DNA of 60,960 nucleotides, the filler included, from Sphacelaria rigidula (taxonomy: Eukaryota): assembly GCA_964200075.2 (NCBI GenBank). It is 2 parts of 2 records of this genome, joined end to end, with 100 filler letters (N's around TTAATTAATTAA, not from the genome) between each part and the next. Parts side by side here need not be neighbours in the genome. Positions count along the whole stretch, not along the records: positions 30,550 to 60,960 come from CAXNAA020000062.1; 1 more part is not named here. One strand, 5' to 3'. The notes beneath the pieces were generated by a model, which made no database searches, was not told the origin of the DNA, and saw only the letters and a program-made list of their open reading frames with translations. The translations under genes and the position numbers were made by a program. Positions 48,901 to 60,046 of this stretch are shown here, in pieces (position 1 is the first letter of the stretch; each line of letters opens with the position of its first letter).

Positions 48901-51599
48901 GAAGCTTACCAGGTTCTTGTCACCACTCAGGATCGGACATCTTTTCAAGATGCATCCGGTAAGACAGGGATAACTTTTTATCGTCATCGCAAAAAATCCG
49001 TTCTCCGCTCAGTGTGTTTCCTCTCAACATATAACATATTTCGTGGAAAAACACATCTGTCATTCAAGACGAGTTTCCAAATGCTGCGGTAAGACGGGGA
49101 TAACCTTTAACGCCATCGGAAGAAACCTCCCTTCCTGCCCCGTACTACCTCTCGACAGATTATTGTGGAAATCATCTACATCTTGCGTCATGCCCCGTCA
49201 GGAGGCTCAGAAAGGTGCAACAACCCCAAGGTGGGGTACCCCCATGTTGAGGTGAGTTATAACCGTATCATGTTTCAGATGTGCTCGCCACCCACTACAT
49301 CTCGAGTGATGTAGGCCAGAGTGGTACTTGATGGTTCGAGCGCATGTCTTCTGAAAGACACCAAAAACTAAGGGAATACAGGACACATCATCTCAATCTC
49401 ACCTTGACTGCGGCGACGCGTGTCTTCGCCTTGGACAGTCGAAGATTGTGGCAGTTGAAGCACTTGGCGCGCATTAGTTTGTACAAGGCGCCGAACAGTA
49501 GTGGATGGTAGACCGAGACGGCAAGCTACAGACCGTGAGCATTGACGGTCGCCGCCGAGAGAGAAGCATTAACAAGGTGGGATGCAGTGTCGGGTCACTC
49601 ACATGACAGTTGTACGCTAGCTTCCGAAATGCAGCAAAGGATAATGTCATCGGATAGACCCCGAATCAATACCACCACGATCTGTGCCAGCCGAAAACAG
49701 CCTTTTTTTGAGCCACACGTCACTCCTGAAGTTCGATGAACTGGCCACATGAAGACGTATCGCACATCGATGAGAAGTGCATATCAAACCACCCATGCAC
49801 GCTTTGTTGTCCAAATATTTTCTCGTGTATAAATGTATCCCGAAATGCATTACTTCCTGTACTCCGTTCAACAGCGACGGCGTCTATACTGCGCAAAATA
49901 TTGTAATTGGAGCTCATGATCTTCTGTCCTTGTGCGAGTCTCGCTTACATACGCTCTAGAGAATGAGTGCAGTCATATCTTACAATAGTGGAATGAACGG
50001 TACAATTCGACGAGTTTGGGCTGAAATTGCACACATACGTTCTACACGTCAACACATGGAAGATGACAGCGGCAGCTCAAAACATTTTGTATCGTCGTAC
50101 AGCCATGACATTTCGATTATTGCTTCTTGTATCAGGCCTTGAACGCGGTACAGGTCATGCGTTGTCTCGGTATCGATTTCACTCCACACTATAATGCCTG
50201 ACCAGATGGCCTGCGCTCGCGGTCAAAAGTTGAATTGGTTTCATTTATTTCTTCTCTCGGCTACTCGAACCGCGGTCCGTTCAAAACTAAAGCGATACAA
50301 AGTTTGAGCCCAACTCGTAGCCACCTTCATCCCTGCGCGGATGAAGACACGGGTGTGGCAGTACAGGAGTCACACGTTAGAGCATCAATGTACCATTTGC
50401 TCAGCGTTCGAGACAACACCGTTCCATCAAAGCCTTGTGCAGCAATTACCTCGATGTGTCCAATGTGCCCCGGACAGTTCTTCTGGTCTTGTCCACATGT
50501 CTCGCACATCATATGTCGGTCAACGGGGCCCAATGCAGGGTCGTAGAGACCGCTGGGGGGGGGCGCACGCAGCGACCGAAAACAAGGGGCATGGTAGCGC
50601 GGAAAAAAAAAAGCCAAGACGGGGACATGGCACAGGAGTTGAACCGCAGGATGTCACACAGTGGCACACGAATGCAGGTGGGGCACTCCTGCCGCGCGAG
50701 TGTTCGATAGCGGGTTCGCCAGAAGTGAGTTCTCGCACGGGTTACTTCAGGGCGTCTGACCTAGGATCTTCATTTCATGCAGACTGTTATGATAATGTAG
50801 TCACTTCCTTCGCGGTCAGGACAAAAAAGCGCCATCCGGGTAGGAATATTTGTACAAAGGCCTCCCCGCTACGCAGTCTAGTCTAATGTTTTCAGGGCAT
50901 CACACGCGGTATCATAGGTGCAGCGACACCAGACTGCACGTATAATGCATGTGCGACGCACCCACAAGAGACAGTGAGGCAAGATGAAAAACATGCAGCC
51001 TACTCAATGCAGACAGGATCGTGAACGTTGCGTCCGTGGGTGGCCACCGGCGATCGACCGTGTGGAACAATCGCCAACTACAGTCGACAGCTGCTGCTTA
51101 CAAGCTGTCGCCGACGGGAGCTCGGCAAGGTTGAGTCTGGCACAGAGTCAATGACGTAGGCCGTTGTAGCGACGAGACATCTACACCGCACCGTTAAAAA
51201 CCCTATGAGTGTACTTGTGCAAAACCAAATCACCAGCAATTGACGCTGCACCACAACCTTCCCCGAGCCGCCGACCTCCAGCCACACACAACTACGCGGG
51301 CCTTATGGGGAAAACATGAGGTACACCAACAAGTTAATTACAAAGAAGACAAGCAGCAGCGCTGCATCCAGGTTTGAAACTTATTTTGTCCCAGATTTGC
51401 AAGACATCTTTCCATCCTACTGCACTTCAGAGAACGTGAAATGCATCCAGTCTTACCCCGGCAGAGGGTTGTTAAGCGTGTCGAACGTAACGGGTGAGGT
51501 GATGCGCTTGACGCTGAGCCTGCGAATGTCCTCATCCGTGAAGAAGCCGAAACCTATCTCCTGCACCGCATGCCTGATTACGGTCCTGTCGTGCGACAT
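30915..51599 (-). CDS. RPA1: DNA-directed RNA polymerase I largest subunit; 27 exons traced, 3' part missing at the assembly gap
   Basis: Phase-consistent GT-AG exons: 51599-51457, 50552-50450, 49525-49403, 47110-46968, 46290-46201, 46058-45947, 44405-44337, 43981-43454, 42482-42421, 41753-41651, 41448-41229, 40868-40759, 40599-40405, 40158-40027, 39732-39583, 39377-39237, 38975-38877, 38597-38484, 37472-37285, 37029-36858, 36701-36549, 35833-35720, 35253-35165, 34049-33862, 33334-33151, 32461-32273, 31030-30915. Motifs: [41 protein letters not shown] (Pol I type); VNRQPTLH; catalytic [58 protein letters not shown]. Confidence 0.97.
31202..31288 (-). ncRNA. Box C/D snoRNA family F, copy 1 (LSU AAC[A/G]CAGGUGUC guide)
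   Basis: Minus strand: GCCC stem, box C ATGACGA, guide GACACCTGTGTT, box D CTGA, GGGC stem. D' reads CCAA here, so possibly decaying. Confidence 0.6.
31522..31608 (-). ncRNA. Box C/D snoRNA family F, copy 2
   Basis: Box C ATGACGA, D' CCGA, guide GACACCTGTGTT, box D CTGA, terminal GCCC/GGGC stem. Confidence 0.7.
31846..31932 (-). ncRNA. Box C/D snoRNA family F, copy 3
   Basis: Same core; box D variant CCGA; AGCCC/GGGCT stem. Confidence 0.65.
32077..32163 (-). ncRNA. Box C/D snoRNA family F, copy 4 (diverged)
   Basis: Only the ~87 nt core is conserved relative to copies 1-3. Box C GTGACGA, guide GGCACCTGTGTT, box D CTGA. Confidence 0.6.
37754..37924 (-). ncRNA. Long box C/D snoRNA, predicted guide for the LSU A-loop Um (yeast 25S U2921 equivalent)
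   Basis: Perfect 7 bp terminal stem TGTGTGC/GCACACA; box C variant GTGATGG; D' CTGA; 12 nt guide GGGTGAACAATC (complement of LSU GAUUGUUCACCC) one base before box D CTGA. Confidence 0.7.
42114..42202 (-). ncRNA. Box C/D snoRNA, U50/SNORD50-like LSU Cm guide
   Basis: GGGACC/GGCCCC stem, box C variant GTGATGT, guide TTTGCCGACTT (complement of LSU AAGUCGGCAAA) directly before D' CTGA, box D CTGA. The D+5 rule gives the C of AAGUCGG. Confidence 0.75.
42644..42728 (-). ncRNA. Box C/D snoRNA, U36a/snR47-like (18S Am, yeast A619/human A668) with a second guide 15 nt downstream; copy 1
   Basis: AGATTCA/TGAATCT stem, box C ATGATGA, D' CTGA, C' GTGAGGA, 14 nt guide ACGAGCTTTTTAAC (complement of 18S GUUAAAAAGCUCGU), box D CTGA. 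Confidence 0.92.
42802..42887 (-). ncRNA. Box C/D snoRNA, U36a/snR47-like; copy 2
   Basis: Near-identical tandem copy with an 8 bp stem GAGATTCA/TGAATCTC. The spacer between copies is not conserved. Confidence 0.92.
44892..44982 (-). ncRNA. Box C/D snoRNA, 18S Am guide (yeast A420/snR52 site; human A468); copy 1
   Basis: TTCGC/GCGAA stem, box C ATGATGA, 12 nt guide TGCTGCCTTCCT (complement of 18S AGGAAGGCAGCA), box D CTGA. Confidence 0.9.
45645..45733 (-). ncRNA. Box C/D snoRNA, 18S A420-equivalent guide; copy 2
   Basis: 3' half identical to copy 1, 5' half diverged; boxes and stem retained. A decayed third copy lies at ~44712-44770. Confidence 0.9.
46700..46772 (+). other. Degenerate tRNA-like sequence (possible SINE head or tRNA pseudogene)
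   Basis: CTCAGGTTCTTGGATAGAGC resembles a D-arm/A box, and GGTTCGAGTCC at 46756-46766 is a perfect B box/T-loop. No clean acceptor stem. Confidence 0.35.
47504..47593 (-). ncRNA. Box C/D snoRNA, snR38-like (LSU Gm, yeast G2815) with a second 18S guide; canonical-box copy
   Basis: ACATGC/GCATGT stem, box C ATGATGA, 12 nt guide AGTTATCCCTGT (complement of LSU ACAGGGAUAACU) before D' CTTA, guide ACCTGGTAAG (complement of 18S CUUACCAGGU), box D CTGA. Confidence 0.85.
48489..48591 (-). ncRNA. Box C/D snoRNA, snR38-like; variant-box copy
   Basis: TTTTGC/GCAAAA stem, box C ATGACGA, both guides intact, box D CCGA. Confidence 0.8.
48683..48779 (-). ncRNA. Box C/D snoRNA, snR38-like; variant-box copy
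   Basis: Same boxes and guides, shorter central loop. Confidence 0.8.
48892..48994 (-). ncRNA. Box C/D snoRNA, snR38-like; variant-box copy
   Basis: Same boxes and guides. Decayed relatives lie at ~47287-47372, ~47703-47846 and ~49080-49120. Confidence 0.8.
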
Positions 51600-52374
51600 G
51601 ATTCCGACCCCTAGCCTATGGAGCTTTCAGTAGAGTGCAGCCACTTGAACTTCAGGCGAACAAGCGTGTTGTGCAGTTATTATGGACTATGTCAAAACAG
51701 CGCTGCCCTGTCGCTTGGAATTGGATGCGACAGCCAGGTTGGAGGTGGTTGGCTGCTTGGATGCATGTCAAGAACTGAAGTGAGATGAGTAGGGAAAGCC
51801 TTGGCATGTGTGGAGAGCACAGGATAACGTACGAAACTAATTAAAGTCACCTTCGGCAGCTGTCATTATTGAAACACATTCTTGTCATTGTTCACGATCT
51901 TCTCTCCGTGGTGTGTGCGGCCATGCCGTACTCGTACACGATTTCGTGTCGTGCACACAGCACAACGAGTCCCCGGGGGTCCGTTATATTTTTACAACCT
52001 TTGCAATCCACGGAGTGATCTAATCTCAGGGAAATTTATGTAGCGTACGATCGAATTCTACGCGAACAAGACCATTTTGAAGCGTAAACGTGAGCAACAT
52101 GCGAGACGAACGGAAAAGAGCGGGGGGTTGAACGGTCAGCAGTCAGATTTCGAGAGAGAAGCTACTTCGAACCGCGCGGGCTTGCGCGAACACATTCATG
52201 TGCCATGCACATACTTGAGGCGACAGCATTGATCAGTAAAACGTGAACAGTGAACGAGAATAGCACATTCGACAACAACACGTTCAACATCAACACCAAC
52301 AACTACAACAATATAAGGGTCATCTTGCGTTCTGCATTTATGGAGGGAGATCTGAATGAAACCTAACGGTTATC

Positions 52375-52716
52375 ATGAACACGAGGCTATGGACGTTCGA
52401 TGACATAAAGGATGCCACGGCGAGGCACGAGGTTTACCGTGACTCGAACGATCCCATCAGGCACTACTTCTACGGAATCGCCCTGGAAATGGCGGGGCAG
52501 TCTGAAGAGGCCGACTTGAAGTACGTAGCCTTTCGCGTAGAAGCGCAGCAGAAGTTCGGGGATCTAGAGCGGGGAGCGGTACACTACGCTGCCGAAGGCC
52601 AAGCCTTCCCCAGAGACGAGCGACGTGCCGAGCACTACGAAAACATGGCCAAGATTCTAAAGGGACCAGAGCCCGGATCGGGGGCCAAAAGCAGTAGAGA
52701 TTGCGTCATCGCGTAG
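52375..52716 (+). CDS. Small TPR/Sel1-like helical protein with a C-terminal CaaX box (CVIA)
   Basis: Uninterrupted 113 aa ORF with coding-like GC3 bias. PIRHYFYGIALEMAGQSEEA is TPR-like and HYAAEGQAFPRDERRAEHY is Sel1-like. Ends SSRDCVIA-stop. CAA-rich leader; divergent from RPA1. Confidence 0.65.
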   Translation: MNTRLWTFDDIKDATARHEVYRDSNDPIRHYFYGIALEMAGQSEEADLKYVAFRVEAQQKFGDLERGAVHYAAEGQAFPRDERRAEHYENMAKILKGPEPGSGAKSSRDCVIA

Positions 52717-54404
52717 ATGTGATAGCATATTTGTGTGTGAAATTGGGTTTATACGTATCTTGTTCCGAGCGGATCTCGATCTGTCAAGTTCGTACATACT
52801 AGTCTAGTTGAGAGGTGAGGGTTTGTGTGCTCTGATGGTTGCGCATGCTAGAATACGATTTCGGGCTAGTTAACTTATGCATACGGTCAAAGCCCAGCGC
52901 GATACAGGTATACACGACGCCTGTGTTGATACAGATGCAGTGTGCTCAACAGAGATTCTGAATGCGTTACTCCCGCTTTCTTACCAACAAGTATTTACTC
53001 CGTGGCATGAAGGGAACCGGCATGTATAACATTCACGTCAATCGGCGACAACTTTGCTTGCCAACGATCGCCAACCCCGGGGAGGTTTCACCACGCACTC
53101 AATACTGAATAAAATCAGAGATATTTACAACATCTGCGTCTACAAGGCAGTGCGTACTTCGTGATTTCACTAAACAGGTCGGTATCCAAGCAACAAACTG
53201 TTGATGAATCACAAACAACAACTGTACGCTGTGTTCATCGAACGGATGGGGAGCAGCACGTCCAAGGTGCTGATTGTGCGCCGTTCCAAGACGTAGCAAC
53301 TGCACTGCCTCATAACACGCGACCTTTTTCTCATGGACGACACGAACGCTGAGCGAAACTTCAAACTCCATTTGGTTGACTAAAAACCACTACTTTTGGC
53401 AAACAAACCCTCAAGAGCATTACTCCCTGCATTCCATTTTACACACTCACCTATCCAAGCACTCGTCTTGCACGATGAATTTACAAGTGGATACATTGTC
53501 CACCTTTACATTCGCGCGTATACCTACTGTGTTTGCCTGTACATTCATTGGATTTCCTTCGTGACGCCCACAGGCAGTAGCTGGTGTTGAAGAATCGTCG
53601 CAAAAACTATATTGGTTTGATGTATCCAACAACAGTGGCATACATGTCGATGATCTACGCATGAAGCGACGTTCCCGTTTCAACAAAAGCAATTAATAGC
53701 ATCCTGTTTTTGATTAGCCAAGCTCTACGAAACTGTGACTACAAAACAGTGATACTCGAGAGAACGCGTAAATGATTCCCGCAGCCGGCGCTCCACTACT
53801 TCCCTAGCCGCACGGACAGGAATCTCGAATGTTTGAGCTGATTTTCATATACTCGCGACATGTCACGACACAGAGAGGCCGAGGGAAGATCGATTCCTAT
53901 TCTACTCAACTTCGGAAACCTTTTCAACTCGACAGTGGATGACCTGTTCGCTGAACAAGGCCAAGCCTCGAGAACCTCGGAAACTGTAAAACATCGCGTC
54001 AAACTGCGTCAAAGACCCGCTGTGTTGGACAGGGTGCGGCTACTACTAACAAAGTATACGCGGTACAGTCAATGATCATCACCCACTTCAGAAACCAACC
54101 CCCTTAGGCCGCACTTAGGGTACAGAGACACAAAACTCGGGAAGAGTCCCAACGAAAATGACGTAGTTATTCGGAATTAAGCGTACTTGAAACAGCTTTT
54201 ATACCGCTCGCCCACGCCCACCCGTGCCGGTGCTCGCCCAAACGAGTAGTCAGCACCACCTGTTCGTGAGCTTCGATCCGCCCCCCGCCGCCGATCACGC
54301 CCAAGGATGCAACGCCGACCGGAGGCCCCTTCACAACATCACGCACACCGTCATCGCGTATGTTCTCCCCACGTCCGCATCACCACCACCAGCGGCCACA
54401 TGAA

Positions 54405-54839
54405 TTATTCGCCGCCAGCGGTCCGTTTAAAGTCGTGTGTCCTGTCTTCTTCCGTCTCTGACAGCAAGGTCGCCGCGCGGCGGGCGCTCAAGTACTCTCC
54501 CCCGACAGCCCCGCCCGTGGACACCACAGCCGCGAACAGACTGGTGCTCTCCAGAGCTATGAGCGGATCCGGCTCCCAGCCCTGGTATAAGCCGTAGGCT
54601 ACGAGCAAGTGCGCGACAACGTTGACCGAGTCGGCCGCCGTTGCAATACCGAAGCACTTGACTGTGGCCGTGTTCATTTTCGGAGCTGCCATCTGATTGT
54701 CCGCCGGTGCGTCTTGTGGTGGCGCCCCTGGTGCTACTGTGGTGTCAGCGTTCGTCGTCTGACCCGTGCTCTGTTTCAAGTGTCGTTGTCGAGTGCGCTC
54801 GACAGCACGAGCGTGGTCAGCGCGGGCGATTTCCAGTTC
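54405..54839 (-). CDS. Probable terminal exon of an unidentified membrane-protein gene; upstream exons not resolved
   Basis: Acceptor ...gacacgcag|GAACTG, 144 codons to the stop, GC-rich coding-like composition, two hydrophobic stretches (VNVVAHLLVAYGLY; SLFAAVVSTGGAVGG). Confidence 0.5.
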   Translation of the reverse strand, partial: ELEIARADHARAVERTRQRHLKQSTGQTTNADTTVAPGAPPQDAPADNQMAAPKMNTATVKCFGIATAADSVNVVAHLLVAYGLYQGWEPDPLIALESTSLFAAVVSTGGAVGGEYLSARRAATLLSETEEDRTHDFKRTAGGE

Positions 54840-57800
54840 CTGCGTGTCCAATGAACCGAGAGAACAGCGGGAAACATGATAGGGCACAGGGAATCAGTGA
54901 TTATTGGGGTATGCATACTCTCTGCTTTCGATCATTATTCCCGACACACTGATACCCACACGGAATTCTGCTCTCTCGAAACACTGAAAACAAGCAGTGC
55001 ATTTTCTTTCCGTGTTGTCAAATCCCAACGTTCAGCTTTGACCCTTGTCTGCTAGATTGTCTAGATGTATACACTGATCTATATGCCCCAGTTTAGATCG
55101 AGATATGCAGCGCGGAATCAACTTGCAGCAAAGGGCGAACTAGAAAACAAGCCATGCATACTGCCTTCATCCCCCGCCCGAGCGAGGCACGATACCTGTT
55201 TTAGACCCTCTTTTTCATATGCACATCAGTGTGGCAGCTTTGATGCGGAGAGTGTTCTGCGCGTCCAAACTTGTACTACTACCTTCCCACGGCCGAGAGG
55301 GAGAAGCCAGCAGCAGCGATTTTATGAGCAGCTTTAGTATTATCCAAGAAACTTCCGTTTGCGACTGCTCTACACTACTTTAGGAAAGCATCTCACTGTC
55401 AGTATGATACTACTCCGCAAAAGAATAAGAGGTTAAGACAGACAAGCAGCAAAAAGCAGCTGCCCAAGGTTCGAAGCAGGAGCCGAGTGATTGTCTTTCA
55501 AAAAAGAGCAGCTTCATTTACAATAGTACGCATGAGGAATCGAACAGGGTTTAGTACCGGAGTACGACTTCTGGTTTGCTACTCCAGAAACAAACAGATA
55601 AATATTACTCGTCGTTTGTTGGTGTGATGGATGAGTTATATTTTCTGTGTATCCTGATTTTGTTGTGTGTCCTGTACCGCCCGTGACTGTACTTGTGCAG
55701 TGCTGTCACTTGGATTGAGTAGCGAACAGGGCACACACGCACACATGTCAACAGTCAACGCGACTGGCATACCAACGCCCGTCCGGCTACCGAAAACACA
55801 GCACAGCACATCACGGCAGTCGCTGCACAGAGCTAGATGTCGTATCCGCGCAGTCACCACGAGAGTACAACACGGCATATGTGCCCCATGGTACACTCCG
55901 TGCGAGCTACAACGGGCAGTATAGCGCTCAGTCAGCGTTGTACCACTCTGGTCAGGAAAGATGTAAGAAGATTCTCATGTGCGGGTCACGTGCGCCTGCC
56001 CCGGCATTTGCGATCATGCTGATGAGAGTCTCCTTCTGAAGGACCGCAACCGCAAAATGGGGGCACCACACTTTATTTTTAGCCTCGACGCTCACCCTAT
56101 AAAGATGGTTTCACACCCGAACCGCCGGAACCCCCGTGTTACTCATCCTCCGTCGATGTATTATACCGAGAGTTAGAACATCGCCTGTCGGGTCGTGCGG
56201 GCGAAGATTGAATACCGATGAAAGGCGGATAGTCAAAGCTGAAGCTTCGCGTCCGATTATCGTTTGCTCCGACACGGTCGTGTATCTGCTTGTCCAACAG
56301 AGGATGCCCATGACTCGAGGACTCCCCACCCGAGAAAATAATATGTCGTACAAAAAATGACGTTCTACTCAAAAACCAAGCCCGTGTTTCTTTAAGGTCA
56401 GGTTTGAAATCAATAATTGGCTCTCTCGTTTGCATCTTACAGTCCACCGGAGGCGAGATAGCGCTACCGCTCGGACGACTCTCATGGTGGGCAAACGACA
56501 CGCGCATTGTGCGAAAGTACAATACTTACTACATTAATTCGTCATGTCATGCTTAGAGGTCTTGCACCGTGAAGATCGCAGAGAACTGTCGCTCATTTTG
56601 TCCTAGCAAGTCATATATTTTTGCTGTGTGGGAGGTTTTCTCGGATTCTCCGGACAGCCGAAACTTGAGAGAAATCACCAGTGCGGTGAACCTGGTACAT
56701 GGAGTAAACACCGAGAATTGAGGGGTATGCGTGACCCCCCTGACCTTGACCTCTTTCCAGATCGCCAAAAACGATACATGGTCAATTTGGGCTCGGGACT
56801 TTGGTTTTCCAAGTAACAGCACCTCTATTTAGACGAACAGGTGGATGCTACGCATTTGCATGGGGATGAGTAAAAGGACAACACCTCGCCAGCTTTGAGT
56901 CAAGTCAAGTGCGTGCGCGTCTTCGCCGGGAATTCTATTCGTCAGGTATATATCTTCATGATAATTGTAAGTGATGAGCGCGAGCCGTCAAAACTGCTGC
57001 TGTATACGCAAACAAGACTTCTTCTGTCTACAGTATGCCTTAGCAGTCTCGCTATTGTTGGCGCAGAGCTGGCACACCTCGACCATGCTTTTGATGGCGT
57101 ACGGATGTCGCATCGTCTCAACTGTACCCCACTGCCCTGTGCTATCAGGCACATATGAAGCATGGTAGGGACAACAGCAGCGCAGTGCACTCGAACAAGT
57201 ACACCATAAAGGTACAGGCTGTGATCCATATGCTGCTGCTGTATCGTACATACTGCTGCTGTTTTCATTATTTTCCTCTCATCATTGTAAGTATGTTGAT
57301 TTTATTTTTCAAATGTTTTTATTTTCAATATCACCACTTTTTGTTATTTATGTTTACAATTACTAATTACTGTTATCAAACATTATAACTCTTGCCATTA
57401 TCATTGCCACAATGCGGTTGTCGTGTACGGCCCTTGTATACGCTAAAATTTCACCAGTTTCCAAAGACAACGGTACAAAACAACCAGTGTGTCATCGCTC
57501 TCCACTGTATATACACACTGTACTGTACGCTAGTGCTATCTCTGCTCAGCGTTCAGCAACAATACAAGTACAGTATGAAGCTATTGTGGCAACATAGAAG
57601 GCTGCAGGCAGCTCGCGAAGACCGCGCAGAAGAGCAATAAGCCCCTCCATTTTTCGAGTGCTTCTAGAGGTGAGGGGTCGTTGCAGAAAGGATCAATACA
57701 TACCCTGACCTTCAGGTGGGTGATACTGGGAGATTGGTACGGGAACATAATGAACCATTCGACCGATCAGAACCATAAAAAGGATGACTTCCCACACTTT

Positions 57801-59509
57801 TGGCCTGTTGCCCGACCAAAAAATCCTAGAAATGCACCTGGTTCATTGGGGGAGCCTCCTGCGACGATCTAGAAAACCTCCATTCCTTGGCTCAACGAAG
57901 GTTCCCCCCCCCCCCCCCCCCAATGAACACCCTTGGATTGTCACCTGACGATACAGTTCCGAGGATATGCTGTTGATAGTGTTCCGAGAATAAGCTGATG
58001 GCCAAATGAACCACAAAACAAAAATCGAAACCGAAAATCGACGTTGGCAACAAAAATGCTCCAGGGATAGATCGAATTTGGGCCCATGGCGACCAACAGT
58101 GGACGAACCACAGTCGGTTCAAGGGATTCAAACGCTGATCAAGAGAGTTGCACTGCTCCCCCCCCCGGACAACGCTAGTTGAACCTCACAATAGCTCTTA
58201 CTCAACCACTTATGATGTGCATGTCTTGGCTTAGATCCATCAAGAAACAGGGTTGCGCTGATTGTCCTCGCAGGACCGCACATGATAAAAAAAGTGCCGA
58301 ACTTGCACACTTCGGAACGAAACTAATACACATTGCACACATGGTTGATCTTGCCCGATAGAACCTGTCTGATCGGGAGCCGGAACTCGTTTTGCAAAAT
58401 CGATCCATCCGATTTGCCCATAATCCCTTACCCGAAAGCTTCGTCTCGGAACAGCTTTGCAGGCTGACAGTCTAGGGGTATACAGAACTTTCACGCGGCG
58501 AGTGAGGTCTTCGACGGAGAGTCGGCGCGGGCTCCCTCCCAGCTCACCCGAACAGTTTCCGGAGTCCATCATTCGTGGTTCCAGGAAATTTCTACTAGAC
58601 GAGAACATCGAAAAATTCACTTCAAGCAGATACAGTAGGACACCAACCGAAACTATGAAAGCAAACGGCTAGGTTTCGTCACAGATTGCCTAGTGTATAG
58701 CCTACTGGCGGAAAAGCCCATACTTTCATCAGTTCTCTAGGACAACGGTTGAAAGTGCACCAGGCGCATCTGGGAGCGGCAACCTTTCCCACGTGTGGCC
58801 CCTCCAGTGTTGTCAAGAGAGCTGCACTGAGCACATCGTGGCACAGATCGCGAACACCCAGAAACACCGTGGATTGTGTAAAATATAGAGCCATGACACA
58901 ATGTACTGTCTGTCCACTGAGCGAGTGATGAGAGAAAAACGATCCCCTGTATGGACATCGAACAGTTGAAACGACACAAACTCAACAAAGAATACCCGCC
59001 CCGCCCCGAGAGCATCAAGGAGGAGGGATAGAGCCAGAGAGTACTTATGGGTGTATGTTATTTGCGAATTCCAGCAGTGAACAGCGGTAGCGAGGGTGCA
59101 CCATGAACCCGACGAGGTGTCGACACCAAACACCAAAACTATACTGCTTGACTCGAGGCAACGATTTATATTCGACTGCTCGACATCCACTGGTCCATGC
59201 AGTCAGGCGTGTTGTATCACACCAAGTTGATCTCAGCATCCACGTACGCAAAATTCAGTCGACTTAACCCCACTTCGTACCACATCCACGGTTGAAATAT
59301 ACTTATTTGAGTGTGACCACCGAGATTCGGATCTTTAGTGGGGCTGACAGGCCCGACTGCTCCCGGCGTGCCCAGAATGCGTTTTGGTCCAAATCAGCGC
59401 CGATCTGAGGTCTGCCAACACCCACGTTGTTCGGGGCACCCTCTGCACCCCCCTCGCTCGCGTGTTCTCGGTATGCCTCGGGTTGTGGTCAGGGTTAGGG
59501 TTAGGGTTA

Positions 59510-59696
59510 GGCCGTGTCTTGACACACCACTTTTTGATCGAAAAAGCGCGGCGGAAAACAAAAATCTTGATCTGATAGGTCGTGATTTCAACCATCTTCA
59601 ACATAAACTACGATACTTGAAATCACGACCTATCGGATCGGAATTTTCCCTTTCCACCGCACATTTTCGATCGAAAATAATGCGCTAGACACGCCG
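59510..59696. mobile_element. Tourist-like (PIF/Harbinger-type) MITE inserted in a telomere-like tract
   Basis: ~80 bp imperfect inverted arms starting GGCCGTGTCT. TTA flanks both ends, with (GGGTTA)3 on the left and GTTAGC repeats on the right. Confidence 0.7.
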
Positions 59697-60046
59697 TTAG
59701 CGTTAGCGTTAGCGTTGTTCTAAAAATGTATCAACCATGGATCTAGGGACACGAGTTGGGGTATACTCACTCACATCGTAATACTATTAGGCAATTTGAA
59801 GGGGGAGGGGCTGGGTGGTATTCCACTTCAAACGATGACGACCAGTTTAGATCTCGGGCCGTCTTAAGAAGACAAGAAAAGTGAGAACACGCTGTGAGAG
59901 TGAGGGTAGTTCCGGCGGCTTTCGTGATTTTGTTCTTCAGCCTGTTCGATTGGTTGAAGGCTGATGCAAAATTCTCATCGCCAATGGTCAAACGACTAAG
60001 GCAAGCAACAAATGAGTACGCCCCCCCCCCCACCCCCCAAGAATCA

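Noticed and set aside
47287-49120. CRISPR-like or satellite repeat array
   Set aside because: Eukaryotic intron, irregular spacing and no cas genes. The conserved parts are snoRNA boxes and rRNA guides.
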